Positions 27,211 to 36,569 of a stretch of DNA of 43,144 nt are shown one piece after another (the first letter of the stretch is position 1; every line of letters begins with the position of its first letter). The notes beneath the pieces were generated by a model, which did not search any database, was not told where the DNA came from, and saw only the letters and a list, made by a program, of their open reading frames with translations. Origin of the DNA: a virus (Duplodnaviria; Caudoviricetes); IMG/VR virus record IMGVR_UViG_3300020044_000889, positions 1-43,144 of that record; one strand, given 5' to 3'. Both the position numbers and the translations under genes were made by a program.

Positions 27211-27836
27211 GCCCATGTCCCCTCGTTAATTGCTGCGCCAGATGCACCCAGCGGATTGATTCGGATGTAACTGCCAGCGGCTGTTGAGTAAGCCCCGCCG
27301 GGTGCGGCTGATAGCGTATATTGCGGAATAAGTGTTCCGCCGGTAGTGATAGATACTGTACCTTTAATAAGCATTGACGCACTGTTTAACGCCGATCCTG
27401 TTGCGTTTGTAGCAACGGTTGGAGTTGATACTGCAACGTACCCACGAGTTGTTGCGGAATTGACGACTATTGTTGAAGCACTGCCAGACATATTTGTTGA
27501 AGATATATCGTAGTAAATATTGCCAATACCTACCGTTCCACCAAACCCAAATGCAATTGTGTGTGATGTCACTCCAGCAGATTTAGCAAGCCCAAATGCA
27601 ATTTCAAACTCATATACAGTACTTGCAGACAACGTACACCCAACCCCAAATACACTCTGCGCAGTAGTTACGTCTGATCCAGTAACTGCGGCATTCAATC
27701 TGTAGTACTGCTGAGTTGGAATAATGCCTCGTTGTGTGCCTATAGGTGTAGCGGCAAAGATTGGGCTTTCATACTCAATCTGCCCTGCGGCGGCAGGTGT
27801 TGATAACGTGTTAGAAGTTAAAGCAATTATTGACAT
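27207..27836 (-). CDS. tail fibre/spike module
   Basis: Thr/Ser/Gly/Ala-rich beta protein in the fibre cluster. Confidence 0.65.
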   Translation of the reverse strand: MSIIALTSNTLSTPAAAGQIEYESPIFAATPIGTQRGIIPTQQYYRLNAAVTGSDVTTAQSVFGVGCTLSASTVYEFEIAFGLAKSAGVTSHTIAFGFGGTVGIGNIYYDISSTNMSGSASTIVVNSATTRGYVAVSTPTVATNATGSALNSASMLIKGTVSITTGGTLIPQYTLSAAPGGAYSTAAGSYIRINPLGASGAAINEGTWA

Positions 27837-27838
27837 GA

Positions 27839-28435
27839 TTAGCCCTCGTACAGAATGTTGATAGTGCCAGCGTCAAAAGTTTCAGTTCCGCCTACTGTGG
27901 TGATGCGTATTTGAGTTAATGTGCCGCCAGCCGTTCCAATTCCACCAGACCAATTTGTGTGAGCAACACTATTTTGCCCAACAATACACATTGAAGCCCA
28001 AGTATTGCCTGTTAAATTTGCTAATGTCATCATTCCGTTCATTGCATACGCCGCGCCAGAACCACCGCCGCCGGGCGCTGGAAAAGCATATAACCCAACT
28101 GTTGTGGTAACACTTGAAACTCCACTTGTAGCACTTGAACCAGTGCTGTTGTAAGTCGCCCCTGTAAACCCACCAGAATAACCAAGTTGAATAATAGTTG
28201 GGCTAATACCCGTTGTACTTACCCCCTGAAACATCACAGTAATACGCTTTACCCACGCAGGGATACCAGTAAAGTCAATGCTTGTCCCACTGGTAGACGC
28301 AACAGCAGTCGCCAACGTATTCATCGAATTTGTGCCAGTACCCGCTTGAAGCGTCAATGTATTTGTACCAGCAACCGCAGGCGCTGATACTGTGATCGCC
28401 CCGCTGCTGTCTCCTGAGATAACAACTGATGACAT
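27839..28435 (-). CDS. tail fibre module
   Basis: MSSVVISGDSSGAITVSAPAVAGTNTLTL; STSGTSIDFTGIP.WVKRIT; FDAGTINILYE. Confidence 0.75.
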   Translation of the reverse strand: MSSVVISGDSSGAITVSAPAVAGTNTLTLQAGTGTNSMNTLATAVASTSGTSIDFTGIPAWVKRITVMFQGVSTTGISPTIIQLGYSGGFTGATYNSTGSSATSGVSSVTTTVGLYAFPAPGGGGSGAAYAMNGMMTLANLTGNTWASMCIVGQNSVAHTNWSGGIGTAGGTLTQIRITTVGGTETFDAGTINILYEG

Positions 28436-28444
28436 ATATTTCCT

Positions 28445-30004
28445 TTACAGAACAACCCAGCGAGCGCCGGTGGGGATGGTTACAGTGACACCGCTGTTGA
28501 TGGTGATCGGGCCAGTTGACATTGCATTTTTACCTGTTGTTATTGTGTAGTTGGTTGTGACTATCAGACTGTTTTCAATAAACACTTGGTCGGCCCCGCC
28601 GCCAGTAGCACCACCACCAACAGAAGACCAAGCAGTACCGTTGAAACCTTCAAACTGTGTAATTGTGCTGTTGAAGCGCAAATAACCAGACGCGCCTGTG
28701 GGGCGTTGTGCTGTTGTTCCTACGGGAACCAATACCGCATCTGTTGCACTGACAGCCAAGGTAACGGCTGGGGATGCTGTACCGATACCCACTTTACCTG
28801 CCGCATCTTTGTAAATTTGGTTTGTGCCAATAGCAATAATGCCAGTGCCACCTGTCAAGGTGGTTGAGTAGGCAAGTGAAGTAAACGATCCGGTAGATGC
28901 CGTTGTCGCACCGATTGACATATTGTTGATTGTGCCTACGCCAGTTGAGGTAAGCGCAAGTGTGGGTGCATTAGCCGCAGTCAGCGTGATTAGATTGGTA
29001 TAGGCTGCACCATCTACGTCATATGCTGCAAGTGCGAGTGTGTTGGTGGCCGCCTTCGCCGACCTTAAAACTGTGTCTGTAACATAAGAGGCCGCTTGTG
29101 TGATGGTGTCGGTATCAGCATTACCAATTGTTGTATTGCCTGTGCTGGTGAGATCAGTGAACGTACCGGCAAGAGCAGTTGTTGCCCCGATAGACATGTT
29201 GTTGATAGTGCCAGCCGTTCCCGAACTGATTGTTATCGTTCCTGCGCCAGTGGTGGTGTATGACTGATTGTTGGTAGTTGTATTGGCGGTTACTGCACCA
29301 GTGGCAGACAACGTAGTAAAAGCACCAGTCGAAGCGGTCGTTGCACCAACAGACATATTGTTAATTGTGCCGACACCTGTCGAGGTAAGCGCGAGCGTAG
29401 GAGTAGTGCTGGCTGTCAGCGTGATTAGGTTGGTATACGCGGCACCATCTGTGTCGTATGCGGCAAGGTTTAACGTATTGGTAGCTGTCTTTGCTGATTT
29501 AAGCTGCGTGCCAGTTACATATGAAGCGGCTTGTGTGATGGTGTCTGTGTCAGCATTGCCAAGGGTTGTGTTTCCTGTGACAGTCAGGTTGGCAAATGTG
29601 CCATCGCCAGTCGTGTTGCTAATCTTTACGAAATCAGAGCCATTCCAAGCTACAACCGCCTTCTCACTTACACCCAAAGTCACACCAGTGGTCGGGCCAA
29701 CGCCACGCACAGTAACCGTGTAAACAGCCGATGTGTTGATTACCGTGTAAATCTTGGACTGCGCAGGAGCCGTGATGGTGATGTTGGCCGAAGCTGGTGA
29801 ACACAGCAAAATAGCCTGACGGGACTGATTTGCTGCGCCTGTGGTGGTAGTCAGTGTGGTATCAGCAGTCAGTGTCTGAGTACCTGCAACGGCTGAATCA
29901 AGCAGCGAGGTAATACTGTTATTTACCGTGTCGCCCCATGTGCCGGACAATTCGCCGGTAACAGGTAAGGCCAGACCCAAAAGTGATGTATATGCTGTCG
30001 TCAT
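28445..30004 (-). CDS. major tail fibre protein
   Basis: GELSGTWG.TVN N-terminal anchor, Thr-rich repeats, GKVGIGTASP, P.GTTAQRP, LRFN...FEG. Confidence 0.8.
   Translation of the reverse strand: MTTAYTSLLGLALPVTGELSGTWGDTVNNSITSLLDSAVAGTQTLTADTTLTTTTGAANQSRQAILLCSPASANITITAPAQSKIYTVINTSAVYTVTVRGVGPTTGVTLGVSEKAVVAWNGSDFVKISNTTGDGTFANLTVTGNTTLGNADTDTITQAASYVTGTQLKSAKTATNTLNLAAYDTDGAAYTNLITLTASTTPTLALTSTGVGTINNMSVGATTASTGAFTTLSATGAVTANTTTNNQSYTTTGAGTITISSGTAGTINNMSIGATTALAGTFTDLTSTGNTTIGNADTDTITQAASYVTDTVLRSAKAATNTLALAAYDVDGAAYTNLITLTAANAPTLALTSTGVGTINNMSIGATTASTGSFTSLAYSTTLTGGTGIIAIGTNQIYKDAAGKVGIGTASPAVTLAVSATDAVLVPVGTTAQRPTGASGYLRFNSTITQFEGFNGTAWSSVGGGATGGGADQVFIENSLIVTTNYTITTGKNAMSTGPITINSGVTVTIPTGARWVVL
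28875..29605 (-). repeat. internal ~98-aa duplication in the tail fibre (435-bp offset)
   Basis: GNTT[LI]GNADTDTITQAASYVT...DGAAYTNLITLTA...GTINNMS[VI]GATT occurs twice. Confidence 0.9.
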
Positions 30005-30900
30005 GTTGTTACCTCAATGTCTTCCCAATTTGGGGTTTGCTCATCGTCAATTACCGCCCATCCGGGAGTTTGCGGATTGCTGATATTTTGCCAGTTCGCG
30101 GTCTGCGTGTCATCTATATTTGACCATCCTGCCGTTTGTATGTTAGATATTGTGCCCCAATCCGCAGTCTGGCTGTCATCAATAAGCTTCCAGTAGACCG
30201 AAACCAGTGTTCCAACATACCCTTGCGCTTGGTTTCCTGTTAAACCAAGCTGTCTTTCTCCAACTGTCAATGAGCCAACAGCACCAGAAGCAGTGTTACC
30301 GGTCAGGGCGATAACTAGCGCATAACCAACTGACCCGACCGCGCCATTTGCTTGGTTGCTTGGAATTGGGACAATAACTGCATTTGCAATACCAGAAGCT
30401 ACAACACCAGTCAGAGCAACCGAGCCGCCACGAACAACCGTGCCCACCGTGCCAGCAGCGGCATTACCGGTCAAGGCCAATGAGGTCGTACCACGAGAAA
30501 CAGTGCCAACCAACCCAGAGGCCGCTCTACCAGTCAAAGCAAGCTGGGTTTCGCCCCGAGAAAGAGTGCCAACACTTCCGCTTGCCGAGTCGCCTGTCAG
30601 CGCAACAGTTTTGCTGTGGACAACTGTGCCAACTGCCCCCGCTGCTGATACGCCAGTCAGAGAAACTACACGGGAACTTCCCACGCTGCCCACGTTTCCG
30701 TAAGCAATATTGCCGTTTTCAGTTGGGTTGTTTGTCTCAACAACATCCCCAACATTCCCAGAAGCCAGAACCCCACTTAGCGCAACAGTCCGACTGGGCG
30801 TGACCGTCCCTACGGCTCCTGTTGCTTCATCTCCGGTTGCTTCAAGAGTGCCGCCCCAGCCGTTGTCGCCCCAAGCATTGTCGCCCCAGCCGAGAGCCAT
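30001..30900 (-). CDS. Gly/Val/Thr-repeat tail-associated protein
   Basis: Repeated ALTG.AA.G.VG units; Trp-periodic ends (WG..., QT..W..I). Confidence 0.7.
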   Translation of the reverse strand: MALGWGDNAWGDNGWGGTLEATGDEATGAVGTVTPSRTVALSGVLASGNVGDVVETNNPTENGNIAYGNVGSVGSSRVVSLTGVSAAGAVGTVVHSKTVALTGDSASGSVGTLSRGETQLALTGRAASGLVGTVSRGTTSLALTGNAAAGTVGTVVRGGSVALTGVVASGIANAVIVPIPSNQANGAVGSVGYALVIALTGNTASGAVGSLTVGERQLGLTGNQAQGYVGTLVSVYWKLIDDSQTADWGTISNIQTAGWSNIDDTQTANWQNISNPQTPGWAVIDDEQTPNWEDIEVTT

Positions 30901-30911
30901 GAACTACCTCT

Positions 30912-31403
30912 TTAGGTAGTTGCCAAGCGCAGTAAAGCAGTTGACGTGTTGTTTGTTGGCATTGTCAAGGTAAAAGTGCCTGCCGTAATGGTCTGTGAAC
31001 CAAACGTGTGGACACTGATAGCCTTGTTGCTTTGTGTTGAGTTGTAGAGCAACACGGTGTCAAAAGCCGTAGCCAATGTCACAGTGGTGTATGTGATTGA
31101 TGCCGAAGGAGTCCAATACGCCACACCAGCAGTTGCTGAAGTGTTGGTTGAAGTCGGAGCCGTAGCATTCGTTACCGTTACACCGCCAGCAACATAGTTA
31201 GTACCAGACACTTCACCAGTTACCGTGTATGCAGTAGTCGCCGCATTGATGGTTGCAGATGTCAGGTACAAGGCTGCTTTTACCGTGTCGGTAGTTGGCG
31301 AGGTCAAACTACCACGGGATACGATGGTTGAAGCGCCAAGCTGGTGTTGACCAAGCATTAGCTCGCTCATAAATGAAGTACACATTGATTGGGTGTTTGC
31401 CAT
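30912..31403 (-). CDS. virion structural protein (paralogue of 31611..32033)
   Basis: ALY..SAT...TTAYT.TGE.SG.NYVAGG motif. Confidence 0.75.
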   Translation of the reverse strand: MANTQSMCTSFMSELMLGQHQLGASTIVSRGSLTSPTTDTVKAALYLTSATINAATTAYTVTGEVSGTNYVAGGVTVTNATAPTSTNTSATAGVAYWTPSASITYTTVTLATAFDTVLLYNSTQSNKAISVHTFGSQTITAGTFTLTMPTNNTSTALLRLATT

Positions 31404-31413
31404 GATTTATCCT

Positions 31414-31611
31414 TTAACCAATTAACTGGGTTTCGCCGCCGCCAAAAACGGGCATTTTCTTCAAGGTCACATGCGCAGACCGGTGGACAAGCTCACCTTC
31501 CAACCAATACTCAACCCATGTGGTTAATTCATTGTCGTTGTCCACGGTACCCTCACGCTTCTCCAGCAAAGAGTCATCCATGTCGCCTTTGGTTGTGGTT
31601 ACAAGCGCCAT
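31414..31611 (-). CDS. small hypothetical protein
   Basis: 65 aa; TAATG coupling to the upstream gene. Confidence 0.75.
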   Translation of the reverse strand: MALVTTTKGDMDDSLLEKREGTVDNDNELTTWVEYWLEGELVHRSAHVTLKKMPVFGGGETQLIG

Positions 31612-32033
31612 TACGCAATCCTTATAAGTGCTGACGTGCTGGTATTGGCAGGCATCGTCACGGTAAAAGTTGAAGTTGAAGTTTTGTTGTTACCAAAATC
31701 TAAAACACAAACAGCGCCATTTGCGCCGGGTGTATAAATCAAAGCACCGCGAGCCGTAATTGCACCAGTCCACGCTGGGGCTGAAAATGTGACATACGAA
31801 ACGCTGCCAGATGCCGTAGTCTGCGAGGAAACCGTAGCTGTTACAAGTTGACCCCCAGCAACATAATTACCGCCAGATGCCTCGCCAGTTGTAGTGTAGG
31901 CTGTGGTTGTTTGATCCAGCGTTGCGCTATTGGTGTACAAAGCCAAATAGAACGTATCAGACGAAAAGTTTATCGTCCCGTTCATCAAGCCCGTACGCAG
32001 CGTATTGCAAGAAAAGTTACCTTGAAATGCCAT
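31611..32033 (-). CDS. virion structural protein
   Basis: LALYTNSATL..TTTAYTTTGEASGGNYVAGG...ARGALIY...AVCVLDFG. Confidence 0.75.
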   Translation of the reverse strand: MAFQGNFSCNTLRTGLMNGTINFSSDTFYLALYTNSATLDQTTTAYTTTGEASGGNYVAGGQLVTATVSSQTTASGSVSYVTFSAPAWTGAITARGALIYTPGANGAVCVLDFGNNKTSTSTFTVTMPANTSTSALIRIA

Positions 32034-32743
32034 CAGGTCACCGCCTGTCTATACTGACCAGAACGATACGCATCTTGACGCTCCAAACCGTCACCCAGAC
32101 GTTTAGCCATCGTAAGTGCTTCTTTGTATTTACCATCGTATAAGCCAATAATGTCTGCCTCACCCTTCATAAAGGTGTATGCCTCTACAAGCGAGCCGTA
32201 CAACAGCACCGAATCAAAGTTGTCACCCAACCATGTCTGTCCAGAAGCAACGGTAGTGATTGACTCGGGGTAATAGTAGTAGTGCAGTTCAACGCTGTAA
32301 GTTGTATCCGGCGTTGGGCCAAGAAGGAAACTCAACTCGTTGGTAATTGCGGGGTTTAAACCAGCCGTTGTGGTTGGGCCAAACAACGCATAGTATTTGG
32401 GGATGGCTGTATCTGTCGGCGTTGGGTACGCTTGGCGAATAAAGTTGACATCCTTGTTCAGCAAGTACTCGTAGCTACCATCGGTGTTGATTACCGCCAA
32501 GGAATACGTAGACAGGAAGTCATCAGGGCAAGCAAGGTACTTATTGCTGGCTGTCACTGTGCCTGTCACGTTTTTGCGAAGCGACGGGAACTGAACTGTG
32601 TTGTATATGCGCTGTTCAGCCTGCTGGATGAATCGGGCGATCTGAGCCGTAGACGAAACCGTAGACGAATCCGCAAGCGTAATCGTCGGAAAATTGTTTT
32701 CCGTGTAGGTTTGTATTGCTGCTACAAGCTCAGTGTACGTCAT
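32033..32743 (-). CDS. head-tail adaptor-like protein
   Basis: MTY.EL...I..Y, FI.QAE.RI, P.YY, PTPD..Y.VEL.Y, LLYGSL.EAY. Confidence 0.7.
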   Translation of the reverse strand: MTYTELVAAIQTYTENNFPTITLADSSTVSSTAQIARFIQQAEQRIYNTVQFPSLRKNVTGTVTASNKYLACPDDFLSTYSLAVINTDGSYEYLLNKDVNFIRQAYPTPTDTAIPKYYALFGPTTTAGLNPAITNELSFLLGPTPDTTYSVELHYYYYPESITTVASGQTWLGDNFDSVLLYGSLVEAYTFMKGEADIIGLYDGKYKEALTMAKRLGDGLERQDAYRSGQYRQAVT

Positions 32744-32994
32744 GCCATTGGGCCCCTAGATGTTTTGCCTCTAGTAGCCGCACCGCCGCCACGCATTTGA
32801 ATGCCGCTGGTCTTGGTGGGTGGGTAGTCTTGGCTACGGGTGTTTGCCACAGACACGTTGGCTTTACGCATGGTCTCTTTTGCTGGCTCTTCGCCAACAG
32901 TTACAGATGCGTAGCCTTTGGGTTGTGTGTACTTCCCAATAGGGTCTTTGGTTTCAGCAGGGAAATAGCTGAATTCTTCAGTGCTGCTTCTCAT
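32740..32994 (-). CDS. small basic protein with RGGGAATRGKT C-terminal motif
   Basis: Fills the operon; degenerate copy of the shared tag. Confidence 0.7.
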   Translation of the reverse strand: MRSSTEEFSYFPAETKDPIGKYTQPKGYASVTVGEEPAKETMRKANVSVANTRSQDYPPTKTSGIQMRGGGAATRGKTSRGPMA

Positions 32995-32995
32995 A

Positions 32996-33157
32996 TTATT
33001 TACCCCGTCCGGCGCTGCGTTGGTTCATCACCTTCGCCATGTTGCGACCATACTTGAGCATGTCGCTGTTAGTTTTGCCACCGGCACGAAGCTTGGTAGG
33101 TTTTTGACCGGGGTGCATGTTTTGTTCGTGTTTACGAACTGCTTTCTTTGCGTCCAT
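32996..33157 (-). CDS. small basic protein
   Basis: AAGGAG RBS; KHE..MH.G...TKLRAGG. Confidence 0.7.
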   Translation of the reverse strand: MDAKKAVRKHEQNMHPGQKPTKLRAGGKTNSDMLKYGRNMAKVMNQRSAGRGK

Positions 33158-33167
33158 CATCGACTCC

Positions 33168-33593
33168 TTATGTCGTTGTAACTGATACTGTACCAAGTTC
33201 TACGGTTAAAACCAAATTATTTGGCGTTAAACCATCGTCGTTTGCCCGTGATCCACCAACTGGATACCAACCCCACTGGAAGATGCGACTACCACCTTCA
33301 ACCGTCCCTGCTCCGTCTGGCCCATTACCTGTTGGAACAAGCTGCAAACCGTTTGTGCCTGACAAGATGTAACTCCGATCAGGGCGGGGATTCCTCAAAG
33401 CCTGCGGGTCATCCACCGGGAACATACCCAATTGCAACTGCGGCTGATCTGGATCCCAGCAGGCGGGACAAACCAAGAGGTTGTAGTTCTTGGTCTTGAT
33501 GATCTCGGTCTTGAGAATGCTCAACTTGAACCGCTGATCGCAACGGTCGCACTGAGCAATCGCAAACTTACCACTGGCAAATCTATTGCCCAC
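33168..33593 (-). CDS. Zn-finger phage protein
   Basis: CDRC...VCPACWD..QPQL; GTG start after GGAGG. Confidence 0.75.
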   Translation of the reverse strand: MGNRFASGKFAIAQCDRCDQRFKLSILKTEIIKTKNYNLLVCPACWDPDQPQLQLGMFPVDDPQALRNPRPDRSYILSGTNGLQLVPTGNGPDGAGTVEGGSRIFQWGWYPVGGSRANDDGLTPNNLVLTVELGTVSVTTT

Positions 33594-33595
33594 CT

Positions 33596-34522
33596 CTACC
33601 TCCCAATGTAGGTTTGACGGGGTACAAGTCTCAAAGCTGCTTTCTCATGATCTTCATAGGCCGCAAGCTCCCAAGCTTCGTCATACTGCGTCTTGAGGAA
33701 TGGGATGCGCTCTGCGCCCGTAGGAATTTTTCCGGCAATGTAATACGCCAAGCCAGCCGCCATACATGGGATAAAGCGGAAAGGCACGTCCATGATGTTG
33801 ACACCGCCGCCTGCGTCTTGGGTGCGGCGCAGACGCCAATACACAAATTGGTACTGCTGTGCATTGTCTGGGGTGGGCCAAACGGTGATCGCGGGGACTT
33901 GTTGCCAATACACAGCGGTGTTGTCTGCGTGGCTTGCGGCAGTGGTGTTCTGCTGGGCGCGGAAACAGTTATACAAGACGTTCCCGTCTATGTACCCGTA
34001 ATTGATGATCTCGTTCTCAATCTTGACAAACCCGGCGGCGGGAAGGCCAATCGCAGAGTCCAACGTAATTTCAGTGGCAGTGCTGGTGATTGCGCCGTCC
34101 AAGGTCAATCCTGTCGGCGAAGTCTGCCCGTTGTAGCGTTGAATCCAAACTTGAATGGGTCTGGCTTGGGTGATTTTGTTGGGGATAGTGGCGTAGGTGG
34201 AGACGCTAATCCTTGTGATAGTCAAGTCAGCCTGAGTTGCCGCTACGTTCGCACCTGTACGAATCACATGCTCAAGCAAGTCAATGGTGTCGTCAGGCAG
34301 GGCGTAGGTATTTTGACCCTGTACGAAGTCAATCGTGCCGGTCTCAATCGTCCACAAGTTGATGCCACGGTTCGCCCATTCAGCAAACATGATGTTCAAA
34401 CTGCGTCTGGCGGTCTTGAGGTCATAACCGGTGCGCAACTCACTACCGGCGCGTTCAAACGCCTCCTCGACCAACTCGGTGAGGTCAAGGTTAAATGATG
34501 ATGCGCCAGAGGTTTGTGCCAT
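33596..34522 (-). CDS. head-tail connector/tail tubular-like protein
   Basis: EEAFERAG, ARRSLN....W.NRG.NLW, VWPTPD, P.RF.PC..AGLAYY; synteny. Confidence 0.7.
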   Translation of the reverse strand: MAQTSGASSFNLDLTELVEEAFERAGSELRTGYDLKTARRSLNIMFAEWANRGINLWTIETGTIDFVQGQNTYALPDDTIDLLEHVIRTGANVAATQADLTITRISVSTYATIPNKITQARPIQVWIQRYNGQTSPTGLTLDGAITSTATEITLDSAIGLPAAGFVKIENEIINYGYIDGNVLYNCFRAQQNTTAASHADNTAVYWQQVPAITVWPTPDNAQQYQFVYWRLRRTQDAGGGVNIMDVPFRFIPCMAAGLAYYIAGKIPTGAERIPFLKTQYDEAWELAAYEDHEKAALRLVPRQTYIGR

Positions 34523-34770
34523 TATTTAGCCATCCGCATGTTGTCTATCAAATTTGGGTAGCGCCGACCAGCAGCTTTTGCCGCAGCTTTGGCCTTGGCT
34601 TTCTTAGCTGGAGACAGTTTTTTGTGTTTCTTGGCTGGGTTGGGTGTATCCCAAACTTCCCCACCTTTGGCATACATATCCACATCCTGCGGTGCGTCTT
34701 TGCGACGAACGGCTTTTCTCCCCGGCATCTTCTTCGGGTTGATTGCGCCCATGCCGCGAGAGGCCATCAT
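34522..34770 (-). CDS. small Lys-rich protein
   Basis: SRGMGAINP, MYAKGG, GRRYPNLIDNM. Confidence 0.7.
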   Translation of the reverse strand: MMASRGMGAINPKKMPGRKAVRRKDAPQDVDMYAKGGEVWDTPNPAKKHKKLSPAKKAKAKAAAKAAGRRYPNLIDNMRMAK

Positions 34771-35144
34771 CGGATTAGCGTCCCACGGGTTTTGCCACGT
34801 TGAGCGCAGCCATCGGCACGACTGGAAGCTGAACCGCCTTTGGCAAATGCCTTACCCATTTCCGTCTTGGTGGTTGGAGCTTTCTTGATCTTTTCTTGCG
34901 TTCTTTCGTCTTCTGCTTCTTGAACCATTTGCTTTTCTTTTTGAGTTAAGCGTTCTTTTGCAGATTCGGCGGTGTCTCTTGCTTCCCTATCTTTTTCAGC
35001 CTTATCGAGCATTACTTTGGTTGTTCCAAGCACTCCAGCAGCGCCTACAGCCCCACCAATCGGTGCGGCATAACCACGACCGCCGCCAGACCCACCACCC
35101 TCAAGTGGGTTCAAGTCGGTATAGTGTCTTGAATGTTTTCCCAT
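34767..35144 (-). CDS. small protein with the shared C-terminal tag
   Basis: Ends FAKGGSASSRADGCAQRGKTRGTLIR; GAGG RBS. Confidence 0.75.
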   Translation of the reverse strand: MGKHSRHYTDLNPLEGGGSGGGRGYAAPIGGAVGAAGVLGTTKVMLDKAEKDREARDTAESAKERLTQKEKQMVQEAEDERTQEKIKKAPTTKTEMGKAFAKGGSASSRADGCAQRGKTRGTLIR

Positions 35145-35152
35145 GATTCACC

Positions 35153-35866
35153 TCAATACATTTTGCATTTGGTTTTGCCGCGAGATGCGATTCCATCGGC
35201 ACGGCTGGAAGCGGTCATGCCGCCAGAAGCCATCTTCTTGACTGCGCCACCCTTCTTCATAGGGTTGCCAGCTTCATCGTAACCACGACGGCCACCCAAG
35301 AAATTGCCAGCTTCGTCGTATCCGGATTGACCCCCTTTAAACGGGGCTGCTGGCGGAGTGACACGAGGTTTGTAGTCCTTCATGCCTTCTGCGGATGAAG
35401 ACGCGGTATTAGCTGGGGTTGAATTACGGCGTGGTTTATAGTTCTTCATACCTTCAGCAGAAGAAGATACTGTGCTTGGAGGTTTTGCTGAAGAACGACC
35501 TTCGTTGCTGTAATTGTCATTGGGTACAGAGCGTGTACCACGACTCATGCCAGCTTCTGCTTCGCGGGGGTCTTTACGGGTTGTGAACGACTGAAGTTCC
35601 GGCTTAGACTTTGATATGGGTTTAGACGCGGGCTGACTAGCACCGCCCATAACACCAGAAGGATACATTTCTGTACCATCTAAAGGCGCTTTCTTCTGGT
35701 AATCTTCAATCTTGCGGCGGGGCTCTTCCCGGGTTTCAGTGGACTTATATCCAGCACCATCAGACTGACGGCCTTTGTTTTCTTGCTCGGGTTTATCTTT
35801 ATTACGCATGGCATAAGCTAGACCTGCTAGACCTGCCAATGCTGCTAAATCTTTTGCTTTTGCCAT
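35153..35866 (-). CDS. low-complexity protein with the shared C-terminal tag
   Basis: Ends KKGGAVKKMASGGMTASSRADGIASRGKTKCKMY; internal repeats SSSAEGMK.YKPR x2 and GYDEAGN x2. Confidence 0.75.
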   Translation of the reverse strand: MAKAKDLAALAGLAGLAYAMRNKDKPEQENKGRQSDGAGYKSTETREEPRRKIEDYQKKAPLDGTEMYPSGVMGGASQPASKPISKSKPELQSFTTRKDPREAEAGMSRGTRSVPNDNYSNEGRSSAKPPSTVSSSAEGMKNYKPRRNSTPANTASSSAEGMKDYKPRVTPPAAPFKGGQSGYDEAGNFLGGRRGYDEAGNPMKKGGAVKKMASGGMTASSRADGIASRGKTKCKMY

Positions 35867-35878
35867 GATGTACCCCTT

Positions 35879-36385
35879 TTAGCAGTAAGCTTTGCCGCCC
35901 TTTTTCATGCCCAATGGCTTAGAGCCGGACATTTTGACCATAGTACCTTTGGAGATACCGCTCTTTTGAACAGCATGTTCGCCCTTGCCTTTGTTGCCGC
36001 CGGAAGGAACTGCGCCCATTTTGGCTTTGGTGATTGCGCCGCCGCCAGCCATTTTTTTCACGCCAGCTTCTTTCATCTCATGCTTGACCATAGACTTGGG
36101 TGCGCCTTTGGCCTTCATAAAAGACACTTCTTTTTTCATCATTGCTTTAGATTCAGCCATAGTTCCACCTTTGTTAAAAAGTTCCGCCTTACCTTGATTG
36201 GTTTTGGGGTTGTTAATTGCTTGCGCATTGGCCCGGCTACCCGAACCTTTGCCAAACTTCATGCCCTTGCTAGCCTCACTGAAGTCCTTGCCAACGGATT
36301 TGGGGACTCCAACCTTCTTCGCAAACGCTGGGTTATGAGCCACAGCATCCATGAATTTCTTTTGCTTTTCACTCGTTGCTGGCAT
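35879..36385 (-). CDS. Lys/Met/Gly-rich basic protein
   Basis: MP..S.KQ..FM.AVAHNP.FAKKVG; several xxGG motifs. Confidence 0.75.
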   Translation of the reverse strand: MPATSEKQKKFMDAVAHNPAFAKKVGVPKSVGKDFSEASKGMKFGKGSGSRANAQAINNPKTNQGKAELFNKGGTMAESKAMMKKEVSFMKAKGAPKSMVKHEMKEAGVKKMAGGGAITKAKMGAVPSGGNKGKGEHAVQKSGISKGTMVKMSGSKPLGMKKGGKAYC

Positions 36386-36569
36386 TGTCGTCCCCCTTGC
36401 GGTTTACGAGTTTTTGAACGGTATCTGTTTCGTAAATACGGATGGCTACCCAAACAATACTGAGCAACGCAGAGACAGCAGGTAAGAATTCCACAAGAGT
36501 TCCAATAACGGTGAGTATTGAAGCACCGTCAATCATGTGCTTTACGGTTTCTTGGTCATGCTGGTTCAT
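36369..36569 (-). CDS. small membrane protein (holin-like)
   Basis: 66 aa with a long hydrophobic core and charged C-terminus. Confidence 0.6.
   Translation of the reverse strand: MNQHDQETVKHMIDGASILTVIGTLVEFLPAVSALLSIVWVAIRIYETDTVQKLVNRKGDDNASNE

Noticed and set aside
28875-29605. Diversity-generating retroelement TR/VR pair
   Set aside because: Both copies are in-frame protein repeats with mostly synonymous, non-adenine-specific differences, and there is no reverse transcriptase in the window.
33614-34498. 294-aa + strand ORF, and other long antisense ORFs such as 10654..11376 and 42416..42964
   Set aside because: These are antisense shadows of well-supported minus-strand genes, with no recognisable motifs or RBS.
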